Assembly: GCA_030829545.1 (NCBI GenBank)
Contig: JAURAI010000001.1
Location: 4,123 to 68,122, forward strand
Direction of reading: 5' to 3'
Length of the DNA: 64,000 nt
Source: Poseidonia sp.
GTDB lineage: Archaea > Thermoplasmatota > Poseidoniia > Poseidoniales > Poseidoniaceae
Notes under the pieces: generated by a model
What the model saw: the letters and a program-made list of their open reading frames with translations, nothing else
Told to the model about the DNA's origin: nothing
Database searches by the model: none
Shown: piece by piece, positions 1-11,318 of the stretch
Layout of the letters: each line of letters starts with the position of its first letter
Numbering within the stretch: the stretch's first letter is position 1
Position numbers and translations under genes: made by a program

Positions 1-447
1 GTTCCTGAAGACCTGCCCCGTTTGGCATCGGACTATGCACCCACCACTCAGCGCCTTCTTGGTGAAAGCACAACAATGGAACTGAAGACCGCTTCGGTTG
101 AATCCGTCGTGGTCGAATGGAGGGTTACTGGAGGCGAAGTGCAGACGGCGGAAGTCGTGGCCTTGAACGATGGAGCATGGTCCTTTGACCTACCGGCCTC
201 ACTTCAGCCGACCGTGGTTGAATGGCGCGCCCTCCTCGAAGGTGAAGGACCGTCACAAACGACGCCATGGTTCCAATTGCGAAGCGATGAGGCACCTTGG
301 ACGGTCGATGAAACAGCAGCATACGTGCAGTCACTTGCCCTCATCATCGTTTCCATGGCGGGTTTCATGGCGCTCCAAAAACGCCGCACAAGCCACATGC
401 AAAAGACGGAACTTACGGATGAAGAATTTGATGGAGGTGACCTCTGA
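1..447 (+). CDS. C-terminal part of a membrane-anchored protein (5'-partial)
   Basis: Frame is open from base 1; C-terminal TM helix followed by basic KRR; stop overlaps the next ATG. Confidence 0.7.
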   Translation, partial: VPEDLPRLASDYAPTTQRLLGESTTMELKTASVESVVVEWRVTGGEVQTAEVVALNDGAWSFDLPASLQPTVVEWRALLEGEGPSQTTPWFQLRSDEAPWTVDETAAYVQSLALIIVSMAGFMALQKRRTSHMQKTELTDEEFDGGDL

Positions 448-1004
448 TGGTCAGCTCAAACACGCTTCACGTCGTCAGCACTGAACTCACCGTTGGGTCC
501 TTCGCAATGGCTGGAGCAGCCTTCCTCTGCGCAGGACTTGCTAGCCATCATCGGCTCGGAATGCAGCGTCATCTCAACCTGTTTGACCATGTAGCACATT
601 TCGCCCTCGCATTTGGTTTGTTGGCGATGCCCATGGCGATTGCTACGGGTATTGCTTCAAGCCCCGGAGACGGTATTGACCATCCGTTGCTCATCAACAA
701 AATGTTCATTTCATGCGCTTCTCTCGGCCTTGCCTTGGGCGTGCTGAGCGTACGATGGCAACAAGGCTCCACAATCTGGGCGGAAGAATGGGGCAAGCGT
801 TGGCAGATGCTCGGCGGCATGGCGGCATCCGGACTGATCTTGACAACTGCCTCCTTGGGAGGGACCTTTTCTCGAGGGGAATCACTGCTGGACATGCTGC
901 ACTTGCCCTACGACTTCGTACCACTGATGCCGTTGTGGCTGTCGGGACTTGTTCTTCTTGCAGGCCTGGCCAACATGGTCACGGGCCGCCAAGCATCTGC
1001 TTGA
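447..1004 (+). CDS. Multi-pass membrane protein (DUF2231-like)
   Basis: 185 aa, 4-5 hydrophobic helices, GGAGGTGA SD upstream. Confidence 0.65.
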   Translation: MVSSNTLHVVSTELTVGSFAMAGAAFLCAGLASHHRLGMQRHLNLFDHVAHFALAFGLLAMPMAIATGIASSPGDGIDHPLLINKMFISCASLGLALGVLSVRWQQGSTIWAEEWGKRWQMLGGMAASGLILTTASLGGTFSRGESLLDMLHLPYDFVPLMPLWLSGLVLLAGLANMVTGRQASA

Positions 1005-1007
1005 GAC

Positions 1008-2861
1008 TCAAAGGCCGGCCATATCGCCTGTTTGAATCGTCCACTGGCTGGCGTACACGCCACCTGAGGCAACCAAATCATCGTGGATGCCACGCTCAAC
1101 GATGGCACCGTCGACCATGGAAAGGATTTCATTGGCATTGCGAATGGTACTCAATCGGTGAGCAACGGCAATCGTTGCACGGTTCTTTCCAGAGGAGAGC
1201 AGGTTTTCCTGGATTCGTCGCTCTGTTTCAGCATCCAATGCACTGCTGGCCTCATCGAGAATCAACAAACTTGGCGCCCTCAAAATGGCTCTTGCCAGTG
1301 AGATTCGGGCTCGTTGCCCACCGCTCAACATTGCTCCACGGTCGCCGACCATCGTATCCAAACCGTCTTCCAATTCTTGGACGAAATCCCATGCACCTGC
1401 CATCGCAAGTGCATCCTTGAGCATCTCTTCTGTGGATTCTTGGTTGTAGATGACGTTGTCACGCACGCTACCGTAGAAGAGGAAGGGGTCTTGACTGACG
1501 AAGCCTATGGCTTCTCGAAGCGAATGCAGCGTAAAGTCGGTGATCGGTTCGCCGTTGATCAGCACTTCACCGCTATCGGGTGTGTAGTAGCGCATCAATA
1601 ATTTGAGAATGGTTGTTTTTCCCGCCCCTGTGTGTCCCATGACGCCGAGAAAATCCCCTGCCTCCACCTTGAAGGTGATGCCGTTGAGGACTTTGATGGT
1701 GGTATTGGGATAGGTGAAGTAAACATCGTTGAATTCAACGGATTGAATGCCGCCTTCGAGGTCCTTGGAACCTTCATTGTCAACGATGGTGGGTTCGAGG
1801 TCAACGACAGCAAATACACGTTGGGCTGCTGCCTCACCGCGTTGAAGTTGATTGACGAGGATGCCGAAGATGAACATCGGCATGGTCATTCGTGTGCTGA
1901 TAAGAAGGAAGGTCACGAGTTGGCCCGTCGTGATTTCATCTTGACTGGCAAGATATCCGCCTGCGGTCACCAAGAGCCCGAATGCTACCCCAGCAATGGC
2001 GTAAATCATTGGAATGAAGCGATTCCGATCTTTGCTGGCACCCATGGCTTGGTCACGATATTCACCCGACTGGTCTGCAACGCGACGTGCTTCCCAATTC
2101 TGTGCGTTGTAGGCTTGCACGACTGCAATGCCTGAAATCAAGTTTTCAAGGACGGCATGAATGTCCCCCGTAGACTCTCGTTGTTTGCGGTATTTTCGCT
2201 GCACACGGGTTGAGAACCAGTACACTGCAGGCACGATGAACAAGAGGGGACCAAAAAGAACGGCGGCCAATTTCAACGACATCAGAGACAGAATGACGAA
2301 GGCGGTTGCGAAGGTGATGACGATCCGAATAATCGAAGTTGAAGAATCCGATACAACGTCCTCCAGTTGGTTCACGTCACTTGAAAGGACGGACATGATT
2401 TGACCCGTCTGCCTGAGGTCGTAGTAAGAGGCTTCCATAGCGATGAGCGAGCGGGTGGCGTCCATTCGCAGATCGTGTTGAATGTTGTATCCGAGCGTTT
2501 GCCAGGCGTATTCGGAAATCCCCTGGAAGACAGCTAAACAGAGGAAGCCAAGGAAAATTAGGATGCCGTAGCCGTAGGCCGGGTCGCTGTGAATGGTCGT
2601 CACTAAATCTTGAACGATTTGAGGCCCTGAGAGAACATCTGTTGTGAAGTAATCGACCGCCAAACCGATTGCAACAAATGGCATGAGGTCAAAAAATCGG
2701 GCGGCTGCATTGGCAAAAATACCTGTCGCAACCCGTTTTGGATATTTTTTGGCATAGGGAACGACACGCCAAATTTGACGACCGAGCACTGGAGCGCCCT
2801 CGTTGAGGTCCTCAGGGCTCATTGCATCCTTACCGGTTTTAGATGCATGTCCTCGCGTCAT
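1008..2861 (-). CDS. ABC exporter, fused permease/ATPase (MsbA/MdlB-like)
   Basis: N-terminal TMD; Walker A GHTGAGKT, LSGGQ, ILDEA, AHRLST. Confidence 0.95.
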   Translation of the reverse strand: MTRGHASKTGKDAMSPEDLNEGAPVLGRQIWRVVPYAKKYPKRVATGIFANAAARFFDLMPFVAIGLAVDYFTTDVLSGPQIVQDLVTTIHSDPAYGYGILIFLGFLCLAVFQGISEYAWQTLGYNIQHDLRMDATRSLIAMEASYYDLRQTGQIMSVLSSDVNQLEDVVSDSSTSIIRIVITFATAFVILSLMSLKLAAVLFGPLLFIVPAVYWFSTRVQRKYRKQRESTGDIHAVLENLISGIAVVQAYNAQNWEARRVADQSGEYRDQAMGASKDRNRFIPMIYAIAGVAFGLLVTAGGYLASQDEITTGQLVTFLLISTRMTMPMFIFGILVNQLQRGEAAAQRVFAVVDLEPTIVDNEGSKDLEGGIQSVEFNDVYFTYPNTTIKVLNGITFKVEAGDFLGVMGHTGAGKTTILKLLMRYYTPDSGEVLINGEPITDFTLHSLREAIGFVSQDPFLFYGSVRDNVIYNQESTEEMLKDALAMAGAWDFVQELEDGLDTMVGDRGAMLSGGQRARISLARAILRAPSLLILDEASSALDAETERRIQENLLSSGKNRATIAVAHRLSTIRNANEILSMVDGAIVERGIHDDLVASGGVYASQWTIQTGDMAGL

Positions 2862-2973
2862 GAAATCATGGCCATGCTTGCTATTCTTGAACCCTCGCTA
2901 AGAATGCAGTTACATGCAAGCAGCCTGACCGAACAGGCAATCTTTCATGAGGTAAGTCTGTGTAGAGGAGGAC

Positions 2974-5900
2974 ATGCTGACCAGTCGCCGCCCCAGTTCC
3001 ATCCTCCTCATCGGTTTGATGCTGCTCCAACTCATGGCTCCTATCGCCATGGCGAATGGAGGGCAATCAACTGATATTGAGATGGAAACCGATGCAGATT
3101 TGGAACTGCTCTCCATGCTGAATATTCAACCAAGAGCGGACAGTGAACACGGTTGGTCGTCGAGCGAAGATGCCACGGATACAACACACCTGCTTTACCG
3201 CGATGTTTCGTTGCTCTCCCCTACGGAATGGACGCAACAAACGGGCGAGGAAACCGTCAGGGGCTTCCACATCCTCAGTCACGCATATCCAGTCCCTTCA
3301 CAGTGGTTCTACGACCTCGCTGATGAAGGAATCAAGTGCCATTCATTCCTTCCACCGACTGGTTTTCACTGTGATGTCAACGGCAAAACGCCCGCTCAAC
3401 TTGCGTCCTTGGACGTTCAAGGGATGGCCGTCATGGACGCCACCGACAAAATTCGTACTGACCTCGCTCGTGGCTTGCTCGGCATGGAGATGGACATTTC
3501 CAACCCCTTCGTCAACCAAGAAGGTGCCATTGTCAACGTGGTTCTTTCGGGAGAGGAACTCCCAGAGGGAATCAACGAACGAAGCAGCATCGCCTTGGAT
3601 GCGCATTCAGGGCGTTTTGCCACCATGGCGATTGACGCTGAAGGCCTGGCTTGGCTTGCCGCCCAACCCGAGATTGAATGGATTGAAGCAAAACCCTTCT
3701 TTGAAATATTGAACAGCAAAGGAATCGAGGTCATGCACGTTGATGACCTATGGGACAATACCAACATGGCCAGCATCGACAGCGGCTGGAATGGACTGGA
3801 CGGGACGGGCATCATCGTCACGGTAGCCGACACGGGCCTTGACAACGGTGTCAACAATTCGAACATGCATCCCGATTTCCGCGACCACATAACGGGCATC
3901 CTTTCCTTCCCCCCTCCCGCTTCAACCTGCACCTATTACGGAATGAGCCCGTGTGGTGACGATGCTGAGGATAAACACGGTCACGGCACGCACGTTGCGG
4001 GTTCGGTTCTCGGTGACGGGACTCACAGCAACGGCGACATTATCGGAGCGGCCCCCGAAGCACACCTTCTCTTCCATTCCATTGCAACCACCCGCAGCGG
4101 GGCTGAGGAGTTGCTCGGAATACCCAACGACCTCGATGATTTGTTCAAACTCGCATGGGCCAACGGGAGTCGAGTTCACACGAATTCATGGGGTTCAGGT
4201 GTCGCAGGTCAATACACGACCTCGTCAATGCAAGCCGACAGCAGTGCACGAACATACGATGAATTGGTGATTCTCTTCGCCGCTGCTAACGAGGGCGTTG
4301 ATACCACTCCACGTGACGGTGAAATCGATTTGGATTCGATGGGCTCACCGGCAACTGCCAAGAATGTACTCACCGTGGGTGCCAGTGAAAATGCACGTGC
4401 GAACATGACTTGGACGTGGGGCAGTACGAAATACGGCTCACCAATTTCATCGGATAAATTAGCCGATAACCCAGAGGGAATGGCAGCATTTTCCTCCCGA
4501 GGACCGACCGATGACGACCGCCTTAAACCTGACATTTCTGCTCCGGGAACGATGATTCTATCTGCAAAATCTCGCAGTACCTCTGACGTGGGATGGTTGG
4601 GTCATAACGCAAGTTACACCTACATGGGTGGTACGAGCATGGCAACACCACTTACGGCAGGAGCGACGGCCCTTTTGTTGGAACATCTCATGCTAAACTT
4701 GGGAGAAAGCAATCCAACTTCTGCACTCGTGAAGGCAATCTTCACCGCAAGTGCTCACGATATGACTGGACAATACAGCTCGTCCACGAATGGCGCAGGT
4801 GAAACCGCACCAAACGACCACGAAGGATGGGGGCGGGTCAACATGTCACAAGCCCTCAATACATCGTGGTTGCAAAACCAATCGGTTTCAACCAATGACG
4901 ACCGTGGATGGTCGTTTAACGTGCCTGCGAATGCAGAAGACATTCATTTCGCACTCTCTTGGACCGATCCAGCTTCAACGCCTGCGGCTTCCACGAACTT
5001 GGTCAACGATGTTGACTTGGCGGTCAAGAGCCCTACCGGAACTTGGACCAACCTGAGCAACAATCTCGACAATCTTCTCGGAATGACACTGACTGCTCCT
5101 GCCCAAGGTACGTGGGAAGTTCATGTCGTGGGAACCAGCATTCCTACTGGTCCACAATTCTTTGCTCTCGCACTTACGGGCGATTACAGCCTCACCAACC
5201 TCACACAAGACGCTGATTTGGACGGATACATTGACGAAGATGATGACTGCAACACGACTGCTGGAACATCCAACCAGGACCGTGATGGATGTCCTGACAC
5301 CGATGGGGACGGATATTCCAATCCCGATAGCGGATGGACCGTTAACGACGGCGCAGATGCCTTCCCGTCCGATGTCACTCAATGGGCCGACACCGATTAC
5401 GATGGATATGGAGACAACGCTGCTGGTAACGAGCCCGATGCTTGTAGCTCAGTCGCTGGCAACTCCACGGGCGACCGTTACGGTTGTACGGACACCGATG
5501 GGGACTCCTTCTCAGATGCTGATAGCGGATGGACTGCCTCAAACGGGGCCGATGCCTGTACCAGTGTTGCTGGACCATCAGACCAAGACCGAAACGGATG
5601 CCCAGATAGTGACAACGACGGTTATTCTGACCCCGACGGCTCGTGGGGCGTAGCGCTCGGCGCTGACGCGTATCCCAACGATGCCACACAGTGGGTCGAT
5701 AGCGACGGTGACGGATACGGCGACAACCCACCTCCAGCAACAACGGGCGATGCTTGCCCCTCAAGCAGCGGGTTGTCCAACCAAGACCGATACGGCTGTG
5801 CTGACACAGACGGCGATGGTTACTCTGACCCCGATTCAGGATGGACGGTCGCTGCAAATAATGCAGATGCCTTTGTTTCTGATGCCACGCAGTGGGCTGA

Positions 5901-8583
5901 TGGAGACGGCGATGGATACGGTGATAACGCAACTGGAAACAATCCCGATGCGTGCCCTTCAACGGCGGGCACCTCCACAGAACTCGGTCGACTCGGCTGT
6001 GCAGACAGCGACAGTGATGGTTACGCTGACGTCGATGATGCCTTCCCAAGCGAGTCCACGCAATGGAGCGACACCGATGGTGACGGATACGGCGATGAAG
6101 CCACTGGCTTCCAAGGGGACGCATGTCCTTCCGCGTCCGGTACTTCGACCCGTGACCGCTTCGGTTGCCCCGATACGGACAGCGATGGCTCTTCGGACAA
6201 CGACAGTTCCTGGACGGTCAGTAACGGAGCCGATGCTTATCCAAGCGATTCGACCCAATGGGCCGATACCGACGGCGACGGATACGGTGACAACCCGACT
6301 GGAACAAACGGCGACCAATGCCCAGCACTCACAGGCTATTCCACACAAGATCGCTTGGGCTGCCCCGATACAGACAGCGACGGATACTCAGACCCAGATT
6401 CACTGTGGACCATCGATGACGGAGCTGATGCCTACCCCAACGATCCGACGCGATGGGGCGACAGTGACTCAGACGGCTATGACGACGGATTGGACGATGA
6501 CTGTCCTGCCTTCTTTGGCACTTCAATGCACGACAGAAAAGGATGCCCTGACCAAGACGGTGATGGCTATTCAGATCCCGACGCCTCGTGGACAACCAAC
6601 GACGGGGCCGATGCTTTCATGACCGATTCCACCCAGTGGAACGATACCGACGGTGACGGATACGGCGATAATGCAGCAGGAAATTTACCCGATGCATGCC
6701 CGTCGCAATACGGCGAATCATGGCAAAACGGCACCTATGGTTGCCTCGATAATGATACGGACGGGTGGGCGAACCAAGAGGATACTCACCCCGACGAATT
6801 TACACAATGGGCAGATGCTGACGGCGATGGCTACGGCGACAACCCCGGCGGTGTAGAACCGGATTCATGCACCAGTTTGGCTGGAAACTCAACCGAAGGA
6901 TACCGTTTGGGTTGCCCCGATACGGATGGAGATGGCTGGGATGACGTCATCGACGCTTTGCCCAACCTCGCAACTCAATGGCTTGACCAAGACGGCGATG
7001 GCTACGGAGACAATGCGAGTGGACTCCAACCCGATGCTTGCCCTGGAGAAGCAGGGACCTCAACCATCGACCGCTTCGGCTGTGTCGACAGTGACGGAGA
7101 CGGTGTATCCAACGGAACTGACGCCTTCCCCAATGACCCAACACGAACGACCGACAGCGACAGCGATGGTTACGATGATGTCGAGGACCTCTGTCCGCTC
7201 GTCAGTGGAAATTCAACCTCCGACCGACTCGGGTGTGTTGACAGCGACGGCGATGGTGTCTCGGACCCAACCCTGCAAGTTGGCAACATGAGCGGTTGGA
7301 ATACCAGCGATGGTGCAGACGCATTCCCTGATGAACCTACACAATCTGTGGATTCAGATGGTGACGGTTTCGGTGACAACATCAACGGTCACGAGGCTGA
7401 TGTGTGCCCGAGCGAATCGGGCTCTTCAACCGTGGATCGCTTTGGTTGCGTGGACAGCGACGGGGACGGAACCTCCGATGTCAATGATGCCTTCCCCTCT
7501 GAAGCAACGCAATGGGCTGACGCTGACGGCGACGGATACGGTGACAATGCCGACGGAATCACCCCTGATGCCTGCAACGCCACGGCCGGTACGTCAAGCC
7601 TTGACGTGTACGGTTGCGTTGACGCAGATGGAGATGAGGTGAGTGACTCGAACGACCTTTGGCCCGCAGATAAGTCACAGTGGTACGATTCAGACGGTGA
7701 CGGATATGGCGATGAGGCCACTGGGACCGACGGGGATTCATGCCCGCAAGTTGCAGGAACATCGACGCAGGGTGACGAACAGGGATGTTTGGATACCGAC
7801 GGTGACGGATGGTCAGACGACACGGATGCGTTCCCCGATGAACGAAGTCAATACATCGACAGCGATGGCGATGGATGGGGCGACAACCAATCTCTAGGAG
7901 CCCACAAGCCGGACCATTGGCCCAACGATGCATCTCGGAATTCAGCCGAAGCAAGTCTTTCATGCACACCGTTGACCATTGAATTGGACCTTGCTGCAAG
8001 CGGATATTTCACATTCACTTGCACCTTAACCACACCGATGGCCTCGGCATTTGCTGCGAATATCGACTGGTTGGCGACTTCCAGCGTTTCGGGAGAATCA
8101 TCGAGTCACTTCCTCACGTTCACGTCTGCGACCGGAAATTCACAAACAGTCACCTTCTCGGGCAACGCACGTGATACAGGCAACCACCAAATTTTGCTGA
8201 CCGCCTATGAGCCGGGTGCAGAAATTCCAATGGACACTGTCACCGTCGTATTACGGACAGAGGACTCGAACGCTCCGGTAACTGTGTACGACAGCGAGCA
8301 ATCTTCAGCATTCACCGAACTGGCAGAGAACCCAATGGTGCAAGCAGCGCTTGGTGCCTTAGTGCTCTTTGTCCTGATGGGAGCGCTCATGATTCGTGGG
8401 CACAGCCGCAATGTGCGAAGCGACGCCATGCGCGTTGCCAGAGCGGAAGAGTTGAGGCAAAGTCGGGGCATCAGCAACCGAAGTCCTTCTCGCTCCATGA
8501 TCGGCCAGCAGAATGCGCCACCTACCGTTCGCAAGCGAAGCGTGAACTCATCACTCTTTGATGACCTTCGCCGCAAAAAGTGA
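2974..8583 (+). CDS. Secreted, membrane-anchored S8 subtilase with long TSP type-3 Ca-binding repeat stalk
   Basis: Signal peptide; triad DTG, HGTHVAG, GTSMATP; dozens of DxDxDG/DACP repeats; C-terminal TM. Confidence 0.93.
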   Translation: MLTSRRPSSILLIGLMLLQLMAPIAMANGGQSTDIEMETDADLELLSMLNIQPRADSEHGWSSSEDATDTTHLLYRDVSLLSPTEWTQQTGEETVRGFHILSHAYPVPSQWFYDLADEGIKCHSFLPPTGFHCDVNGKTPAQLASLDVQGMAVMDATDKIRTDLARGLLGMEMDISNPFVNQEGAIVNVVLSGEELPEGINERSSIALDAHSGRFATMAIDAEGLAWLAAQPEIEWIEAKPFFEILNSKGIEVMHVDDLWDNTNMASIDSGWNGLDGTGIIVTVADTGLDNGVNNSNMHPDFRDHITGILSFPPPASTCTYYGMSPCGDDAEDKHGHGTHVAGSVLGDGTHSNGDIIGAAPEAHLLFHSIATTRSGAEELLGIPNDLDDLFKLAWANGSRVHTNSWGSGVAGQYTTSSMQADSSARTYDELVILFAAANEGVDTTPRDGEIDLDSMGSPATAKNVLTVGASENARANMTWTWGSTKYGSPISSDKLADNPEGMAAFSSRGPTDDDRLKPDISAPGTMILSAKSRSTSDVGWLGHNASYTYMGGTSMATPLTAGATALLLEHLMLNLGESNPTSALVKAIFTASAHDMTGQYSSSTNGAGETAPNDHEGWGRVNMSQALNTSWLQNQSVSTNDDRGWSFNVPANAEDIHFALSWTDPASTPAASTNLVNDVDLAVKSPTGTWTNLSNNLDNLLGMTLTAPAQGTWEVHVVGTSIPTGPQFFALALTGDYSLTNLTQDADLDGYIDEDDDCNTTAGTSNQDRDGCPDTDGDGYSNPDSGWTVNDGADAFPSDVTQWADTDYDGYGDNAAGNEPDACSSVAGNSTGDRYGCTDTDGDSFSDADSGWTASNGADACTSVAGPSDQDRNGCPDSDNDGYSDPDGSWGVALGADAYPNDATQWVDSDGDGYGDNPPPATTGDACPSSSGLSNQDRYGCADTDGDGYSDPDSGWTVAANNADAFVSDATQWADGDGDGYGDNATGNNPDACPSTAGTSTELGRLGCADSDSDGYADVDDAFPSESTQWSDTDGDGYGDEATGFQGDACPSASGTSTRDRFGCPDTDSDGSSDNDSSWTVSNGADAYPSDSTQWADTDGDGYGDNPTGTNGDQCPALTGYSTQDRLGCPDTDSDGYSDPDSLWTIDDGADAYPNDPTRWGDSDSDGYDDGLDDDCPAFFGTSMHDRKGCPDQDGDGYSDPDASWTTNDGADAFMTDSTQWNDTDGDGYGDNAAGNLPDACPSQYGESWQNGTYGCLDNDTDGWANQEDTHPDEFTQWADADGDGYGDNPGGVEPDSCTSLAGNSTEGYRLGCPDTDGDGWDDVIDALPNLATQWLDQDGDGYGDNASGLQPDACPGEAGTSTIDRFGCVDSDGDGVSNGTDAFPNDPTRTTDSDSDGYDDVEDLCPLVSGNSTSDRLGCVDSDGDGVSDPTLQVGNMSGWNTSDGADAFPDEPTQSVDSDGDGFGDNINGHEADVCPSESGSSTVDRFGCVDSDGDGTSDVNDAFPSEATQWADADGDGYGDNADGITPDACNATAGTSSLDVYGCVDADGDEVSDSNDLWPADKSQWYDSDGDGYGDEATGTDGDSCPQVAGTSTQGDEQGCLDTDGDGWSDDTDAFPDERSQYIDSDGDGWGDNQSLGAHKPDHWPNDASRNSAEASLSCTPLTIELDLAASGYFTFTCTLTTPMASAFAANIDWLATSSVSGESSSHFLTFTSATGNSQTVTFSGNARDTGNHQILLTAYEPGAEIPMDTVTVVLRTEDSNAPVTVYDSEQSSAFTELAENPMVQAALGALVLFVLMGALMIRGHSRNVRSDAMRVARAEELRQSRGISNRSPSRSMIGQQNAPPTVRKRSVNSSLFDDLRRKK
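5210..7930 (+). repeat. Degenerate coding repeat array (TSP3-like, QWxDxDGDGYGDN...DACP...GCxDxDxDG)
   Basis: Repeats visible in protein and DNA; boundaries approximate. Confidence 0.85.
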
Positions 8584-8645
8584 ACGGGAAGTTCGTCAAC
8601 CGATTGACTCAAAGAGGAGAGGTTGCTGGGTCGGCACACCACACT

Positions 8646-8717
8646 GCGGATATGGTGAAGTGGTTATCATCTGAGGTTTCCAACCTTATGTCGTGGGTTC
8701 GACTCCCGCTATCCGCA
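8646..8717 (+). tRNA. tRNA-Gly (TCC)
   Basis: Acceptor GCGGATA/TATCCGC, D arm, anticodon arm TGAGG-TT-TCC-AA-CCTTA, T loop TTCGACT; no intron, CCA not fully encoded. Confidence 0.96.
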
Positions 8718-8833
8718 CCTCTCAACACAGGGTTACGTCAGTATTCCCGCTACCCGTGATGTGAACCACGGAAGTATGAAAGGCTCGCAGTGTGGACATT
8801 TTCTTGAAGAAGCCATCCTGAGGTGCCCCTATC

Positions 8834-9487
8834 ATGAATTTCTTTCTCCTTTGTCTGCTTACGCTCTGGCTCTACCTGCCAGGTTTTCTCGCCAATACCT
8901 TTGCCATGATGTGGGGGAAATGGTTTCCCAAGACAGGGTACGGACCGTGGCCCATTGATGGGGGACGTGTCATGAAGGATGGGAATCGAATGCTTGGTGA
9001 CGGCAAAACATGGAACGGCCTCATCGGGGGTTCGCTCACCTCCGGGCTCTTGTGCGTCATCATGGCCACTACACTCGCAGATGGGTCCATTGAAACTGTT
9101 TTTTCAGCCCGTTCAACCGTGTTTGCCAACCCCCTCATCGGTTCGGAGCAAACTTGGTTTGATGTGGGAGGAACGGTAGGAACGGCATTTATTCTCGGCA
9201 CCTTCCTCGGTTTTGCTTGTTTGGTTGGCGATAGTACGGGCTCCTTCCTCAAGCGACGTCGTGGACTCAAGCGAGAAGGCGATATCTCCTCAAAGGCACC
9301 GCTTCTCGACACGCTGCCCTTTGCAATCATGGTATTTTTGTGGGGACAACTCTTTCTGGGCACCTCGGTCTTGGCTGCAGAGGAACTCCGCTTGCCTATG
9401 ATTGGCCTGATCCTCTTTACACCGATACTTCACCGCACCTTCAACATCATTGGCTACAAAATAGGCTGGAAAGACGTCCCGTATTGA
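8834..9487 (+). CDS. carS: CDP-archaeol synthase (DUF46)
   Basis: PIDGG..DGNRMLGDGKTWNG and GD...SFLKRR motifs, multi-TM. Confidence 0.9.
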   Translation: MNFFLLCLLTLWLYLPGFLANTFAMMWGKWFPKTGYGPWPIDGGRVMKDGNRMLGDGKTWNGLIGGSLTSGLLCVIMATTLADGSIETVFSARSTVFANPLIGSEQTWFDVGGTVGTAFILGTFLGFACLVGDSTGSFLKRRRGLKREGDISSKAPLLDTLPFAIMVFLWGQLFLGTSVLAAEELRLPMIGLILFTPILHRTFNIIGYKIGWKDVPY

Positions 9488-9639
9488 TCGCCTCACAGAC
9501 ACTTGCAAGAAGGCTCCGTCTTCGCAAGGGTGAAGCTTGATCTCGACTTAGGAAACTCTGACAACTCCCTACCCATCATATCGATCTTGGTGCAACTCAA
9601 AACGAATCTTCTTGAAGGCGAGGAACTCATGGCGAAGAG

Positions 9640-11280
9640 ATGGAGACGGATTTGGTGGCAGAAGAGACCACCCTCGTTCCACGTTCACCATCAAGGCCTG
9701 CCATCCTCGCCCTTACGCTCGGTTTCATAATCGCATACGGAGAAGTCATCCTTCGCATGCTTCAGGGCAAAGATATTGTTGATGCCGTTTGGCCTCATGC
9801 GGTTCGGTCTCTTGATTGGACCATGTCGCTTCGCTCGTCGATGGAGAGCGTGTTGTTCCTCGTAGCATTCTTTGTTTCATCAGCCTATTTCATACGGAAG
9901 CGATTGGCCGAAGAGGATTCGCCACGATTACGCCTCGCCCTGTATTGCCTCCTCGGTTTGACACTCGGTTTGACCACCATCCATTTGCTCATGGATGTAT
10001 TTTACCTGCGAGGCGCATTCTTGCTCCTACCAACCCTCTTCGGAGTGATCCTCATTTCCCTTCTGCTGAGTCTGGGCGGAATGCCCACCATCAGAGAAAT
10101 GGGACAACGTAGGATTGCTTGGACTCGAATCCTTCATCTCTGCGGCGTATTTTTCGCAGCTTGGCTCATCGTCCCGGGTGTACCCGCACTCATCGGCTTT
10201 GCACCATCACCACCCGATGCTCCAACCATCGGCTACGGTGCGGCACCTGGCCCCTTTGACACCGTACAGTTCAGCGAAGCCTACGAGATGCCTGAAGAGG
10301 TCAGGGCCGTCCAAGGAGGACTTGAAGACGACATCGTCTTCAGCGTTTACCTGACCTTACCCCTCATTGCGGAAGACAAAGGAGTTGAATCCATTCCCCT
10401 CGCAATCCTGCTTCACGGCTTCGGTTACCCCGACGCTGATGCCTATCAAGACTGGATGACGCATCTTGCGGCAAAAGGAATGGCCGTTGCTCTTCTTCAG
10501 TATCCATCCGACCTCAGACCTGACGGGTATGAAGACTTTGAAGCCACAGATATCGAAGGCGAAAGTGATTTCTTGCAACATACCTACCGTGATGTTGCCA
10601 TCAGGGCAGCCATTGAACACCTCAACCAAATGGCCATTGAAGAACCAAGGCATGACGAAGTCAACGCTCATTTGGGTAACATGAGCATTGAACCCAGCGA
10701 CTTATGGGTGGGCGGTCATAGCCTTGGGGCAGGATATACCTTCATCACACTGGATGATATTCTTTCTCGGGGATGGGCAAACCATTCCTTGGTGGTGGCT
10801 CTCGAAGCCCCAGCAAGCCGGCCAGCTCAAGCAGGTATTCAGCCAAATTTGACCAACCTCCCAGAGCAGACGTTGGTTCAAATCGGCGTATCGCAGGATG
10901 ACATGTCTGTGGGCGTTTGCCCGGGAGTATTTTTCCAACAAATGTTTTCTCAACTGCCAAATGAGCGAAACCAATTGATCGAGGTCCAATCTGACAAATA
11001 TGGCTTCCCACGACTCATTGCGAGTCATTATTTGCAAGCCGACCCCGCCCATGACTCCCTTTCTGACTGGAGTTTTTACAGGCGAATCGATGCCCAAGCC
11101 GACTTCATCGTGGCACAGAGTCGTCAGGACACCTTTACCGCTGACTGGGCATATCAGTACATGACCGATGAAACGATGCTGACTCAAATGGGCAAGTGGT
11201 CGGACGGAACACCCGTCCTTCCACTCAAACTCTATCACGATGCACTGAACACAAGTACAGACTTTGACGACTGTAGTTGA
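9640..11280 (+). CDS. Membrane-bound alpha/beta hydrolase
   Basis: About 5 N-terminal TM helices; HGFG oxyanion motif, GHSLG nucleophile elbow. Confidence 0.8.
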   Translation: METDLVAEETTLVPRSPSRPAILALTLGFIIAYGEVILRMLQGKDIVDAVWPHAVRSLDWTMSLRSSMESVLFLVAFFVSSAYFIRKRLAEEDSPRLRLALYCLLGLTLGLTTIHLLMDVFYLRGAFLLLPTLFGVILISLLLSLGGMPTIREMGQRRIAWTRILHLCGVFFAAWLIVPGVPALIGFAPSPPDAPTIGYGAAPGPFDTVQFSEAYEMPEEVRAVQGGLEDDIVFSVYLTLPLIAEDKGVESIPLAILLHGFGYPDADAYQDWMTHLAAKGMAVALLQYPSDLRPDGYEDFEATDIEGESDFLQHTYRDVAIRAAIEHLNQMAIEEPRHDEVNAHLGNMSIEPSDLWVGGHSLGAGYTFITLDDILSRGWANHSLVVALEAPASRPAQAGIQPNLTNLPEQTLVQIGVSQDDMSVGVCPGVFFQQMFSQLPNERNQLIEVQSDKYGFPRLIASHYLQADPAHDSLSDWSFYRRIDAQADFIVAQSRQDTFTADWAYQYMTDETMLTQMGKWSDGTPVLPLKLYHDALNTSTDFDDCS

Positions 11281-11318
11281 GAACAATCTTTCAAAAACCC
11301 CACGACGTATTTGGGTGT

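Noticed and set aside
5210-7930. CRISPR-like or DNA tandem repeats
   Set aside because: Repeats are degenerate, in frame and conserved at protein level; no cas genes
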